Shown here: piece after piece, positions 27,351 to 41,336 of the stretch
Layout of the letters: every line of letters starts with the position of its first letter
Numbering within the stretch: position 1 is the stretch's first letter
Assembly: GCA_964016885.1 (NCBI GenBank)
Contig: OZ024745.1
Location: forward strand, 108,562,001 to 108,626,000
Reading direction: 5' to 3'
Source: Eledone cirrhosa
Taxonomy: Eukaryota
Length of the DNA: 64,000 nt
Notes under the pieces: generated by a model
Seen by the model: the letters and a program-made list of their open reading frames with translations, nothing else
Databases searched by the model: none
Told to the model about the DNA's origin: nothing
Position numbers and translations under genes: made by a program

Positions 27351-29394
27351 TATTATGATAGTAATAATAATGGTTGTAGTATTGGCTATATAGTCGGAAT
27401 GTACAGGATGTTGTTAAGGGAAATCCAAAATATCCTTTTGTGTTATCCACTTTCATTTTCAGCTTAGTCAGCACTCTCTGTGGTAGTCTTCTCCAGAAGA
27501 TAGTAGCAGACTCTTTGATCAAAGAAATGTTCAGTTGAATCTTGGTGTGCTGATGCTGAGATTTTTCTCTTACATTTACATTTACTTAAACTACTTGATT
27601 TCGAAGTCAACAAACAGTACAGGTGACTAGGTGTAGGGGGAAAAGGAATATAACTTATAACTTAAGTATTGACCCCCAACTAAGTATAATAGGCAGTATG
27701 TTTGCAATACCACTACACTACTGGACATTTCCTTGTGAAATGCTAGAGAAATTTGCAATAAGTATCAGCTGTTAATAATTGTTTCTACTTTAGGCACTAG
27801 GCCAGCAATTACTCCAGTGCATTACTGGTACTTTATTTTATCGACCCCGTAAGGATGAAAGGCAAAGTTAACCTCGGCGGGATTTGAACTCAGAATGGCA
27901 AGGGCCGTAACTCTATGCATCAAAGCATGGCGTCCGACCCTCTACCGATACTGCCAGTCCAATGTCAGTAGAAAATCAGAGAAATGTGTTTGTATGATTA
28001 TTAAGTACTAATAAAGTACTAATTAAGTATGTAGTCAAATGGTTAAAAAGTTCATCTCATAACTGCAAGGTGTTAAGTTCAATCCCCCTGTATGGGATTT
28101 GGAGCATATATATTTTTTTATAACCTGTGGTCAATTCAGGTTTTGTAGATGAAATTTGATTAGCAGAAACTGTGCAGAAGTCTGAAAGGTAGATTATACC
28201 TGTTATGGTAAGGCCCAGCCTTGTGATGCACTGTTTTTATGCTGACTCAGCTTGAGAATTACATAAAGGGTACACATGTCTTCAGAATACTCACCCATTT
28301 ATATGTGTATTCAATGAGCAGGTAGTACATGCATAAGTGTACATACATATGAGTGTATATACATATAGGTGTACTGTATATACATATAGGTGTACATACA
28401 TATGAATGTACATACATATGGGTGTACATACATACATATGGGTGTACAAACATACTGAGAATTTGTGTAAGCATTGCAAAATACATAACTAGTAAAAATT
28501 TTCTCTGAGAAATCCCATAAAATGTCTATATTAAGTCAGACCTGTGTATTTTTGAAAAGATGCTAGAATAGCTCTCTTGCTAAGCTGTCAACAGAACTTT
28601 GTAGTATTATTTGTGTCCTTTCTTGAATGCAGTCGTGAAAACAAATATGTTTACTTTGAAGGTGCATTTGGATGTGCATATAGTGCATATTTTTATATTA
28701 ATATTACATTTTAAAATAATTATGCATGTTTATATGTACACCATTAGAATTTCTCATTTGTTTATTTGTTTGATGTTTCTTGTTGCTGTTTTATCTTTTC
28801 CTGTTTTTCTCAAAATTGTCTTTTACTCTTCTTCTTTCCCACTCCTTTACAGACAATATTTGATGGCAGCCATAAAAAAAAAAAGGAACAGCAAAATACA
28901 TTCTTGCCATTATCCATAAACAGTGAGTAATATAATAGCAACAAGAACAACAGCAAGAGGAAACTTAAATAAAAGAAAAGGCCCCAACAAAAAAAAAAAA
29001 ACAGAAGAGAATTTAAGCCTGTCCATATGTTCAAAATGTTCATAGGATAATGCTGATATCTGCTCAGTTTTTGAGACTGATGCTATAAAATTGACAGACA
29101 CATTTCTTTCATCTCCCCTGGCATGTGAAAACACCAAAATAACGTCCTATCACAACCACAAGAATAATGATCTTTTAAAGACCAACAAACATACATATTG
29201 TTATATCCAGGTGGTGGGCTGCACAATGAGTAAATAATTATGCACTTCATATATGTGAATATTGTTTGTTATTGTTTGTTTCTTTTCATGTTCTAAGAAG
29301 ACATTCAGTAATGTGTTTTGATCTTATTGCAGGATATTTTTTAGTTCTCTGTAAAACTATCACCAATGGTAATAAAAATAAGTATATATATATA

Positions 29395-29536
29395 GCGAAG
29401 GAAAGGTGGTAAGGAACCAGATGGACCATAACGCACCAAAGTACTCAATACTTAGGGTAGTAGAGTGGGTAATAGGAACAAGTATGACCCCGACGGCAGA
29501 GCTCAAGCCATTTCGACGGCTAATTCTGGAGTCCAG
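29395..29536 (-). mobile_element. Penelope-like terminal fragment (3' half of a hammerhead plus bulged hairpin)
   Basis: Near-identical to 39268-39400; a diverged copy lies at 42613-42735. Flanked by (TA)n. Confidence 0.65.
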
Positions 29537-29578
<42 letters not shown>

Positions 29579-29586
29579 ATATATAT

Positions 29587-29881
29587 TTCGTTTCTAAATT
29601 TGTTTAGCAAGATTCTTTATCTGAAAGCGTGTGTTGAAACCGATATTGTCATACTGTGGGAGGGTCATGTTGCCAATAAGAAACACATGCACCAGTTGCT
29701 TTCACTTTAATTTATTATAAATTTCCAGTTGGTTGGTTGGTTCCACAACCGGATGGTTGTTCCTATATTGTCAAAGTTCTTTCGTCACACATCCAACCGG
29801 AAATTTATAATATATTGAAGTGAAAGCAACTGGTGCGTGTGTTTCTTATTGGCAACATGACCTTCCCAAAGTATAACAATA
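29587..29881. mobile_element. Fold-back element (~85-bp arms) preceded by a degenerate hammerhead
   Basis: Arms ~29643-29730 and ~29795-29881. CTGA(--)A-AGC-GTGT-GTT-GAAAC..GTC at 29621-29650. Arm fragments also occur at 2637-2698 and ~1752-1775. Confidence 0.6.
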
Positions 29882-30888
29882 TATATATATCGCTGTATGT
29901 ATAGGGTACCGGTCTACTAATTCGTAGTTTGTGAGTTCATGCTACACCATGTTCATTTTGTTTTTCTCAAGGAAAAGAACAAAAACGATTTACTTTCCTT
30001 CAGTTTACTACATTCTAAAATAGATACCAGGCCCTCTTTGAAAGTTTTAGTGAATGGGTTACATTTGTACAGAGATGCTATCTTGTTAGCTTTACTGAGA
30101 AAAGTAACTGCTTATGTCAAATAGATATTTCTTTTATTTTACCAATCTCAATAGGTGTGACATAAATGGATATTCTATAAGTAATTATGATAATATTTCT
30201 AATTTACATGACTCAATTTTTCAATGAAGATACTGAAAAGACTATTTTAAAAGTATAAAAAAATACACTTTAGCATTTAAACCGGCCGTATCTGGCCAGA
30301 ATTCTCTCACCTCCTTCTGTTCAAACCAGCTGTAACCGGCCACTCATACTGATATTGAGGCATTGTTCTCAAAATAAATAATATCAAAATCTCATAAATT
30401 CGATATTATGTGAGATAATTATGTGAGCCTTTACTGTGAAAATATAGTAGTATAATATATTGTAATGAAAAAGTTAAGGGGTTAACAGGTCAATATGCCA
30501 AAAATATGACTATCAGGTGTCTGATACGATCTCCTATCACCATGACCATTACTACTCAACTGCTGCTCATACAGTCATTAATCAATGCTACTATAACTAA
30601 GAGAATGTGTTAAGTAAAAAGACCTCAAATCACCAATTGTTCTCCTATTGGTCGCTGCACATATATACTTAAGAAACACTAATCTGTCTAAGGTCCTTGT
30701 TAACACTCAGCAAGCTGTAGAGGATCTAATAATTAACTTATTTACTGTGAAAACCATCAATAATAATAATAATCATAATAATGGAATTAATCAATAAATA
30801 AAAAATAAATAAAACAATAATGATATAAATGTAGAATAACAAGTAATAATTTTAGTCAGTGTGTATATATATATATATATATATACAT

Positions 30889-31685
30889 TCTATTATTTCT
30901 TCACAGGTGCTTTTAATCTTATAGCCTGGTTTAATTGTTTTTGTGTGTGGTTGATTATGCTAATTGGGAGAGGAAATTGAGTATATATCTTATCAAATGA
31001 TTCTAAGGACATAATTTATAGTATATTGCTCTGATTATATAATTTATTAATTCATCATTGAGCCACATCGTGAATGGTTGCCAAAAACATATCTATGACT
31101 TTGTCTAGTTTGTGTATATGTAAATCTTTATATTTGATAATCTCCTATAAGGTTGAGATGCAATTAGGCAATATTAGGCTGCACTTTCTAGCAACCAGCC
31201 TACTAGCCGTAAGGCACCAATCACATTCTTTCTGACTTGACCACTGCCACGTTACAGTTCTTAGCCATTTTGAATTCGTTTCTGGCGGGGATCATTTAAG
31301 AAAAATCTTTGTCCAAGTGAGTTTGTTTCCTGATGAGTTTGAAGCTCGAGAATTTATCCTTGATAGGATATTTCCGAAAGCGAACGAAACCCTAAAGGGT
31401 AGAAACGTAATCCTGGTATGTGTATATACATTTTTTCTTCTAACTTTTATTTTATACCTAATTGTGTATGGTTGACGATATATTTAATCGATTTCCACAT
31501 GCTATTGAAATGCTGGGTAAATATTCTATGGCTATTGATCGCGAATAGGTCGTTTATTTATCTATTATTTCTTCACAGGTGCCTTATAGCCTGGTTTAAT
31601 TTTTTTTTTGTGTGGTTGATTATGCTAATTGGGAGAGGAAATTGAGTATATATCTTATCAAATGATTCTAAGGACATAATTTATA
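30889..31685 (+). mobile_element. Hammerhead-containing partial tandem element (Penelope-like pLTR/retrozyme), period ~672 bp
   Basis: Direct repeat 30889-31020 / 31561-31685, internal hammerhead, GT-AG intron-like segment 31416-31578, and (TA)n on both sides. Confidence 0.75.
31325..31406 (+). ncRNA. Type I hammerhead ribozyme with extended stem II
   Basis: Stem I GTTTC/GAAAC; CTGATGA 31330-36; stem II GTTTG/CGAAC extended by TATCCT-TGAT-AGGATA; GAAA 31386-89; stem III CCC-TAAA-GGG; GTA cleavage triplet (after 31401). Confidence 0.9.
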
Positions 31686-31859
31686 TATATATATAACTGT
31701 AAACGTGGTTGGTGTCAGGAAGGGCACCCAGCCGTAGAAAACCCGCCAGACAGTCCTGAGCAAGACAACCAATCTTGCCTCAAGTGGGACAATTCCTGTC
31801 CAGACCCATGCAAGCGTGGAAGATGGACGTTAAACGATGATGATGATGATGATGATGAA

Positions 31860-32237
31860 AGGGTGTTCCCCAAACATGTATACACACTTTAATTACCTGT
31901 GCATGTAATATTTATTAGAATGCACAGCCTTTCCCAAAAATAAAATGACTTAGACATAATTCAATTGTATCTAAACGCCCCAAAATGTTTGTATAATTTA
32001 AATAATTGTTTCTACTTTTGGCACAAGGCCAGCAATTATCCCAGTACATTACTAGTACTTTATTTTATTGACCCCGTAAGGATGTAAGGCAAAGTTAACC
32101 TTGGGGGGATTTGAACTAAAGGGCCGTAACTCTATGCTGCAAATAATGGTGTCCGGCCCTCTACCGATACTGCCAATTTAATTATTTTAATACATCTCTT
32201 AAAGATTTTGTCGTTTGTACATTTTTGGGATACCCTG
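31860..32237. mobile_element. Tc1/mariner-type MITE with a nested SINE B (32003-32178)
   Basis: Imperfect terminal inverted repeats GGGTGTTCCCCAAACATGTA / TACATTTTTGGGATACCCTG|TA. Confidence 0.55.
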
Positions 32238-32279
32238 TATATATATATATATATATGTGTGTGTGTGCGTAAGTCCCAG

Positions 32280-32412
32280 GTTCAATCGGGGGTAACCAGA
32301 TTTAATAAAGTACTCAATACATTTGTAGAATGAAAACATCAAGTTTAATATAGGAATGGCTTCTACAGGACTAGAACTGTTTAATTCAAAAGAAATCATC
32401 AGGCATTCCTGA
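32280..32412 (-). mobile_element. Penelope-like terminal fragment: degenerate hammerhead plus bulged hairpin
   Basis: Minus strand: CTGATGA-tttcttttgaat-TAAA-CAG..CTG-TA-GAAGCC, then ATTC-TACA-AA-TGTA-TT-GAGT. Confidence 0.5.
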
Positions 32413-32559
32413 TGATTTCTGTTTTAAACCTGATATATATATATCAGGTATATGGGTTGGCTGTATTGGTAGAGCATCAGACACCATGTTTTGTAGTATA
32501 GAGTTATGGCCCTTTATGTTCTGAGTTCAAATCCTGCCGAGTTAACTTTGCTTTATGAT

Positions 32560-32895
32560 GGAGGCACATGGCTTAGTGGTTAGAGCATTGGCCTTGCAAT
32601 CGAAAGGTTGTGAGTTCAATTCTCAGACCGGGTGATGTGTTGTTTCCTTGAGCAAGACACTTTATTTCACATTGCTCCAGTTTACTCAGCTGTAGAAATG
32701 AGATGATAGGACTGGAGTCCCTATCATTCCACTGCAAAGTGGTCGTGGAGGTGCCACGTAAAAAAAGCACCCAGCACTCACTGTAAAAATGAGGTTGGTG
32801 TTAGGAAGGGCATCCAGCTGTAGAAATCAAGCCAGAATCAGTTCCCGTCCCACCCCTGCAAGCAGGGAAAAAGCAGACGTAAAATGAAATGAAAT
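32560..32895 (+). mobile_element. tRNA-derived CORE-like SINE family A with RTE-derived tail
   Basis: TGGCTTAGTGGTTAG box A and GAGTTCAATTC box B; CCTTGAGCAAGACACTT..CAGTTTACTCAGCTGTAGAAATG resembles the CORE domain; 3' GACGTAAAATG tail. Copies at 45788-46114 (-), 56880-57236, 58993-59385 and 59397-59720. Confidence 0.85.
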
Positions 32896-33843
32896 GAATG
32901 AATGAATTTATATATATATAGAAGTAGTAACACAACAGTTAGTTCACCATAATGAGAACAATTGTTTCACCTTATGCGGATCTGCAGCTCGGACTGGTCA
33001 TGGTTATACGGAACAGGAAGAACAACCGTGTCCTCTGAAAAATATTACCTGTACAGGTAATCAAAATGTATATACATTTTGTGGGGACACTCTGTGTATG
33101 TATACACTCTGTGTATGTATACACTCTGTGTATGTATACACTCAATATAGTAATTATAAAAAATAAAAGCCTCAGAATTGTGAATACAAAAATTGACACA
33201 GTAGGAAGAACATAGGACTGTGTAGGGAAAGTGGTGAAATTGGCGGTGGAGAGGAGCGGAGGTGGGGATAACAAAGTAGGGAGGGGGGAGTTAAGAGAGG
33301 CAACAGAGGAAACAGTGCTGAGAAATAATTTCTGACATTTATCTGATCTAAAGAAAGTGAAAGATCCATATCCAGTTATCTCCCCCTACCTTGACACTCA
33401 TTCAACCAGCATGAGTTCTGTGAGCTCCGTAGGTAGCTCCTTAGAGCCAAGACAAGTTGAGAAGATTTCAAGGTCAATGAACGAAAGGCCTGACTCAGAC
33501 ATCACTTGGAGTGACGCCCACTCATTCATATACGTATATTCTTTTAACTGGTTTCATTTATTAGTTCGATGTCATGCTGAGGCACCACCTTAAGCAGTTT
33601 TTAGCTCATCATATCAACCCGAGTTCTTCATTTTATCGATCTCTATTTGTTAGACTGCTGAGTTGCAAGACATACTCAAACAGCACCAGTTAATTAATGC
33701 CAATGTAAATACAAACATGGGAACACAAACACACATACGCAAATATATTCATACACAGATTTATGCTCATAGACTCACATACATTTACTCCCCCCCACAC
33801 ACACACACACAGGTACACACACAGACATGCACACAAACATGCA

Positions 33844-33882
<39 letters not shown>

Positions 33883-34289
33883 AAAACTTTTGATTTTGAG
33901 GATGTTCCAGTTGTTTGATCAATGGAACAGCTTGCTCATGAAATTAATGTGTAAGTGCCTAAGCATTCCATAAACACATGTAGATATATTATGTAACAAG
34001 GCTGCCCCTTTGAATTACAGGGAAAGAGATATAGAGGGAAAATTGATCCCAGTACTAGACGGTACTTTTTTTATCAACCTCAAAAGGATGAAAGGCAAAG
34101 TTGACCTCGACGGGATTTGAACTCAAGAGAGCAGAAAGCTGGACGAATACCATAAAGCATTCTATCCAACGTTCTAATGACTCTGCCAATTTGCCACCTT
34201 ATATACATACATATAGCACCACATATATGATCTATATACATGATTCTTAATATATATATAATATATATATAAATATATATATACTAACC

Positions 34290-34463
34290 CCAACATGGAC
34301 ACACTAGAAGCGGAAGACCAAGGTTAACGTATGTTGATGCCCTAAGGACAGACACTGGTCTGTTGGAGACGCAGGACATGGCAGCGATAATGAGGGACAG
34401 AGACCGCTGGAGAGAACTCGTCCATGGATCTCGGGAATTTTACCCGCCTTAGAATAGAATAGA
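34290..34463 (+). mobile_element. Short RTE LINE 3' end with (TAGAA)n tail and 11-bp target-site duplication
   Basis: HGHTRSGRPRLTYVDALRTDTG..MRDRDRWRELV..*; ATATACTAACC duplicated at 34279-89 and 34464-74. Confidence 0.85.
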
Positions 34464-34468
34464 ATATA

Positions 34469-35110
34469 CTAACCGAATTACCCGCGCGTTGCTGTGTTTC
34501 ACACATTTTTTTTGTAAGAAAATGATGATTGATTTTAAATCAGTGATATAATTTATGGAGAAAAACTCTGCATTTCAATATTACTCAATGTAAAATGTAA
34601 TGCCTGAAAAATTGGAAAACATTATTTTTTGTAATATATCAAATCAAAATTACATTATTAAATCTTATTCTTATTTTGTTTCTTGTAAATAATTTCTTTC
34701 AAAATATCAATTCAAAACTTGATCATTTCATGTTTGCGTAAAGCATCATTTTCAAATTAGAAATTCAAAGTTCCAATACTCAAGTTATGGGCTTACAAAA
34801 TTTTCACTATAGGGGGTTTAACCCCCATTAGGGCGTCTTAATATTATTGAAATTTGTTGAAATTTTGTGAATAGGCCTCATATCTTGTCATTTACCTATG
34901 GTTTAAATTTCATATAAATCGAAAGGAAAAGATTTTTAGTAGGGGTTTGTGCCCCCGGGGAACCCTTTGATTAAAGTGAAATATACTTATCCAAGTACCC
35001 TGGGTAATGTAGTTTCAGAATATATAAGGTTATAGGGGTCTATCTCCAAAACCACAGGAGGAGTTCATGAACAAACAAACAGACAGAAACTACAACTTTA
35101 TATATATAGA
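34469..35110 (-). mobile_element. Non-autonomous Helitron-like element
   Basis: Minus strand begins TCTATATAT, has a TCTG/TTTG microsatellite, and ends with a GC-rich subterminal segment and TTAG|T. Confidence 0.55.
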
Positions 35111-35294
35111 TTATATATTCAAGCAATTAATAAAAGCAATTAATTAAAAAAATATGTTTGAAACTGTGGATAATGACACAAAAATATAAAAAATAAACAA
35201 AATTGATACAGGAAGGAAAGAAGGAAAAAGAAGAAAAGGGCAGAGCAATTCACCACCAAGTGCGACAATCGGCAAAAAAACAAGAAAATATTAT

Positions 35295-35365
<71 letters not shown>

Positions 35366-37292
35366 CAAGGTGACAACAAACAGTCTTATTAGTTTCATGC
35401 TTTATATAGGAAAGAGGAAAGAAAGTTTGACATGTCGGGCTAAAGTCCTTCAGCAGTACAAATAGAGACAGGATCACAATGGAGAAACAGAAAGAATGTC
35501 CAGTAAAGACACACACAAAAAAACAAAAAAAAACGAAAATGAAGAAGGAAAACAAAAAAATCATTTAGGTAGTCTTAGTAATGAGTAAGAACGCCAAGTG
35601 GAGTGTGTGTGCATTAGTATCGTTGATAAATGACATAAGGTAGAGAAGTGTTCCAGAAAATACCAACATTACAATCTGTAAACTATGCTGGCTCGTTTAC
35701 ACCCAGAAACTATTTATGTATTTTCTAAGATGCATGCAATTTTTATTTATGTTGTTTGAACCCTTTCATGTGCTCCTTAGCATATCCAAAAATTGGTAAA
35801 GAGAAACAGCCACAAGGTTTTCATTAACTGTAATCTTCTTTGAAATAAATTGAATTGCATTTTATTGAACTGTAATTTATTTCAGTAACATTAGTTTATT
35901 AAGTTATCAGTTATGAACATCTAACAACATTTTCTGTTGCTATTTATTTTGTAATTCTCCATTTTATAAATAAGCCAAATAAATAAAGATTTTCAATTCT
36001 ATACACATGCTATTTGGACGATACCTTTTGAATCTGGCAATCTTGGAATGGTGAAAAGTGTACATAAGTTAAAAAGGTTGAAAACAGCAGGTTTAGAGTT
36101 TCTTTTTCGTTGTGTCCATTTTTTTTCCAATAAGCCCATTACATATACTATCTCCTCACCTAATTCTCAGTTTTAATGACGAGGCACATGCTTCCATATG
36201 CCGTGTTGTGATCAATGGAGTACATCCATCTACATATTGGTCACTGTTTTCCCTAACTCTTCATTCAATGACATATGAGAACTCATTTATTTTTTACAAA
36301 AGGTATTATATTCCTCCTTTGCTAAATAAACTCATTGTAGAAGAAAACCATGTCGTTTTGTAACATACGTGGGACCAAATCTCCTTCAAATTACACCACA
36401 CTGTCTTAAAAAGGGAAAGTACTCATTAAATAGTGTCATCATAGACACTGTTTGAAAAAATATGTTATAATTATGGTTAGAATTTTTTTTATCATAAGTC
36501 TGTTCAATCAGAATTGACCTGGGACAAAGTAACAACAACAACATACACAAATTTTTTTTTTTTTGCAAATTCATTTTCGATTTTTTCTTCATATTTCTTC
36601 TCATTTTCATTCATTTGTCCCTCCAATTAACTCTTATACTTGATCCAGCCCATTAAATACTACCACCTGTAATCTCAAACTGTGTTTGACATCTTTTCAC
36701 TCTCCATCATCTTCAGCAGTACAATCACCTTCATCAATATCAAGATAAACACCATCATCACTTTCAAAGACTATCACCACTATCATCATCATTATCATCA
36801 TCACTATTACCGCCAACACCACCACCATGGCCTGCAGCACCACTGCTATCATCACCACCACAATCATCATTATTGAACCACTACCACCACCACCACCACC
36901 ACCACCATCAGCACTACTATAATCAACATTGTATTTCTATCGTGAACACCATCACCATTACCACTGCCTCCAACCCTGCCCTCCTCATCACCACTAGAAC
37001 AACAGGCCATAAAAGGTTAGAAAGTCACTTGGATTTTATATAAATGCAACACTACATTTCCTCAAACTGTTTTAAGTAAGAAAGGTTTATGTATAGACAA
37101 ATATATATATATACACACCACCAGCACTACTAAACCCCATCCATAGTGCTATCACTCCCACCATTCCCAGAACCACTATTTTATAGCCAGTTCTTTATCC
37201 CTACCACCCACATATTTTTTCTTGAACCTTTGAATATCAAACATTCAAACATAGCAATAATGTCAATGTAATTAAGTATGTTTATCTTCTCA

Positions 37293-37450
37293 CTATCACC
37301 TCTTTGGACCTCTCAAGCATCCTTTACGAAGATGTCGATTTACTATAGATGAAGAGTTGCAGGAAGCGGTCCATAAATGGCAGCATGACCAGCCAAGAAC
37401 CTTCTCGGATGGAGTAAGCAAGCTTGTGGACCGCAAGAAGAAGTACATCA
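37293..37450 (+). pseudogene. mariner transposase C-terminal fragment
   Basis: YHLFGPLKHPLRRCRFTIDEELQEAVHKW..QPRTFSDGVSKLVDR..KYI. Confidence 0.8.
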
Positions 37451-37512
37451 TACATCAAAAAACAAAAAGACTAGTTGAAAATTGTAATTGTTTAAACCCT
37501 TTGCGTCACACG

Positions 37513-38561
<1,049 letters not shown>

Positions 38562-38712
38562 CACATTTCCCGGCGTCGAAGATGCTACTTTTTTCCTAAA
38601 ATAAGTCTAACAAATCTACAATGCGTCCTGGAGGCTGAAGGTTGTTATTTTTTTTTACATTTTTAGTTGTCAAAACGACGCCGATATATATATATAGTAA
38701 TAATAATAAATT

Positions 38713-38883
38713 TGAAGACTAAAATCCAAAGAGGGCTCGATAAGGATAAATATATATCAAATATATAAGAACTGTAGAGCAAATATTTATTAAAATAACA
38801 GATTAAAGTTTAAGCAAAGAATCGCTGCTTTCACCCTTAACGTGATCTTCTGCTTAAACTTTAATCTGTTGTTTTAATAAATA
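38713..38883 (-). mobile_element. Fold-back Penelope-like fragment with a damaged hammerhead and GCTC..TC-GAGC hairpin
   Basis: 33-bp arms 38784-38816 / 38851-38883 flank (CA)GAAGA..GAAA. Family fragments also occur at 19650-19735 and 49641-49678. Confidence 0.5.
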
Positions 38884-39198
38884 TACATATACTCTAACCA
38901 TAACACTAAACCTAACCCTAACTTTAACACTAAACGTAACCATACCCCCCCCCCCCCCCCACACACACACACACATAAAAAAACCGAACCCAGGCAAGAA
39001 GATATGGGGTTCAGCTGCTCATAGCAGTCATTGACAACTTCTTTTTCCATCTTTTAAGGGTCTCCACCCTATCTTTATAGCATTTCTGTGCTTGGGCATT
39101 TTCTGACCGTGCCGAAAACTAAAAATAAAATTAGAATTTTATTTCTCGCCCTAGCACAGCTGATACATATATGTATGTATGCATAGGTACATACACAG

Positions 39199-39267
<69 letters not shown>

Positions 39268-39268
<1 letters not shown>

Positions 39269-39455
39269 CGAAGGAAATGTGGTAAGGAACCATGTGGACC
39301 ATAACGCACCAAAGTACTCAATACTTGGGGTAGTAGAGTGGGTAATAGGAACCAGTAAGACCCCGACGGCTGAGCTCAAGCCGTTTCGACGGCTAATTCT
39401 GGACTGAATTAGCCGTCGAAACGGCTTGAGCTCAGCCGTCGGGGTCTTACTGGTT

Positions 39456-39460
<5 letters not shown>
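39268..39460. mobile_element. Penelope-like fragment ending in a perfect 55-bp-arm palindrome
   Basis: Arms 39345-39399 / 39406-39460. Each arm carries GAAAC-GGCT-tgagctc-AGCC-GTC (hammerhead stem III plus GUC site). Confidence 0.75.
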
Positions 39461-39513
<53 letters not shown>

Positions 39514-39700
39514 GATAAATCTACCAAAAGTTTACGGTAGTGTCTAATCCGTATGAAGAACTCAATGTAATCCGGATATCATGAAAAGAGAAGATGCATT
39601 CAAAAACTACTTTCGGTGAAAAATAAACGGAAAACAGAGTCAAGATAAATTAATAAAATAATGAATAAACAAAGAAACAGTTCCTTATATTTAAAAAATT

Positions 39701-39840
39701 CATCATTTTACGATCGTTTCTAGGATATATATGTGTTAGAGTTGGTATGCATATTCTATAGATCTATGTACAATATTTATACAAACTATCAGAGGGAATA
39801 TACATACCTATACATATATATGCTGTCTTCAGAAATAATA
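39701..39840 (-). ncRNA. Type I hammerhead ribozyme with ~105-nt stem II insertion
   Basis: Stem I TATTATTT/AAATGATG; CTGAAGA (39832-39826); stem II includes ATATATATGT/ACATATATAT and GGTATGTATATTC/GAATATGCATACC; GAAAC-GATC-GTA. There are two mismatches at the base of stem II. Confidence 0.72.
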
Positions 39841-40802
39841 TATATATATATATACATATGTACGTATGGGTTATATATATAAGAAAATGAGGGTTTTTTT
39901 TAAATGAAAAAAAAACACAGATATCCTAAAAGATATTGTTTTTTACAAAAACAATATAAACAATTTTCAAAACAGCTCAAGATACAGTAATTTACTATAA
40001 TTGTTTCTACATTTGGCACAAGGCCAGTAATTACCCAGTACATTACTGGTACATTATTTTATTGACCCCGTAAGGATGAAAGGCAAAGTTAACCTCGGTG
40101 GGATTTGAACTCAGACCATAAAGGGCCGTAACTATGCTGGAAAGCATGGCGTCCGACTCTCTATACTATAATTGTTTCTACTTTTTGCACAAGGCCAGCA
40201 AATACCCAGTGCATTACTGGTACTTTATTTTATCGACCCCGTAAACAGTACACAGGGTTATGTTTCATACTTTAAAAGATTTTTTCAAACAAGCATGTGT
40301 ACAAAATCCTGTTGTGTTAAAAATAATAATTACGCATGAAGCAAATTATTCGTTAAAGTAATTACCAAATACGTTTTTACATAAAATGATGTAAAAACGT
40401 ATATATATATTTAAACCAAGTCTTGTATCGAACAATGTAAAATATTTAAGCAAATCCATACGTAAGTCTAAAGTAGGTAAGACCATAAAGATTCCCAAGG
40501 TTGATATCTACATGTATAAAAGAGAAGTTGGTTGGTTCGTTGAACCATACGAAAACTACATCGAAAGAGTGAGAGACACACAGAGGGAGAGAGATAAACC
40601 GTTGTACAGAGAGTGATACAATTAATGTGTTAGATATTCACAGAGAGAGTAACATCCCACGAAAGTCTAGAAATGGCTTAAACTATAGATCCTTTGATCT
40701 ATAGGAAGGTTTAACAATATTGCGTTAGCTTTTATAAAGTCGTTTTACAATCTTTGATTTTACAGAAGAAAGAAAAATTGATACTGTTCAAAATTAATTT
40801 AC

Positions 40803-41013
40803 CCTCCAGCTTTTATCCATATATTACTTACAGACCGTACTAACGAAGCAAAACACTTCAGAAGCAATGTTATGCGGTATATTGCTGTGTTTCAGATGAA
40901 GTCCTTTGGAGCTGAAAAAGATCATACTGACTATGGTTATTTCACAACATTTAAAATCCAAGGCCAATACTACCATTTAATTGGCAACTTACTCTTCCAG
41001 CCTAATAAGGAAG
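40803..41013 (+). pseudogene. Helitron Rep/helicase N-terminal fragment
   Basis: PPAFIHILLTDRTNEAKHFRSNVMRYIAVFQMKSFGA..FTTFKIQGQYYHLIGNLL matches the Helitron motifs KHFxxNIRxYNxxFQMTSFG and FKIQGQxYHxIGSLL. Confidence 0.85.
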
Positions 41014-41253
41014 TTTTATAATTGTTTAGTGTATGTCACTCTGACACACACACTCACGCACCCATACATTACGGTCTCACCTCATACCAGACAACACATT
41101 CGTTCACATAGATAGATTTTAAACCACAGTTTACAGTTAACAATATAGTGTCATAAGGTCATTTTTGATTCCATCTTGAGTACATGTTCTTCTCTGTAAT
41201 ATGTATTTAGTATATGTACAATATACTGTGTCTTCTCTTGATATATGGTTCTT

Positions 41254-41336
<83 letters not shown>

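Noticed and set aside
32560-32632. tRNA gene
   Set aside because: It is the head of a multi-copy SINE; no proper acceptor stem or terminator.
38895-38942. Telomere-like CCTAAC repeats
   Set aside because: Too short and degenerate to call an interstitial telomere.
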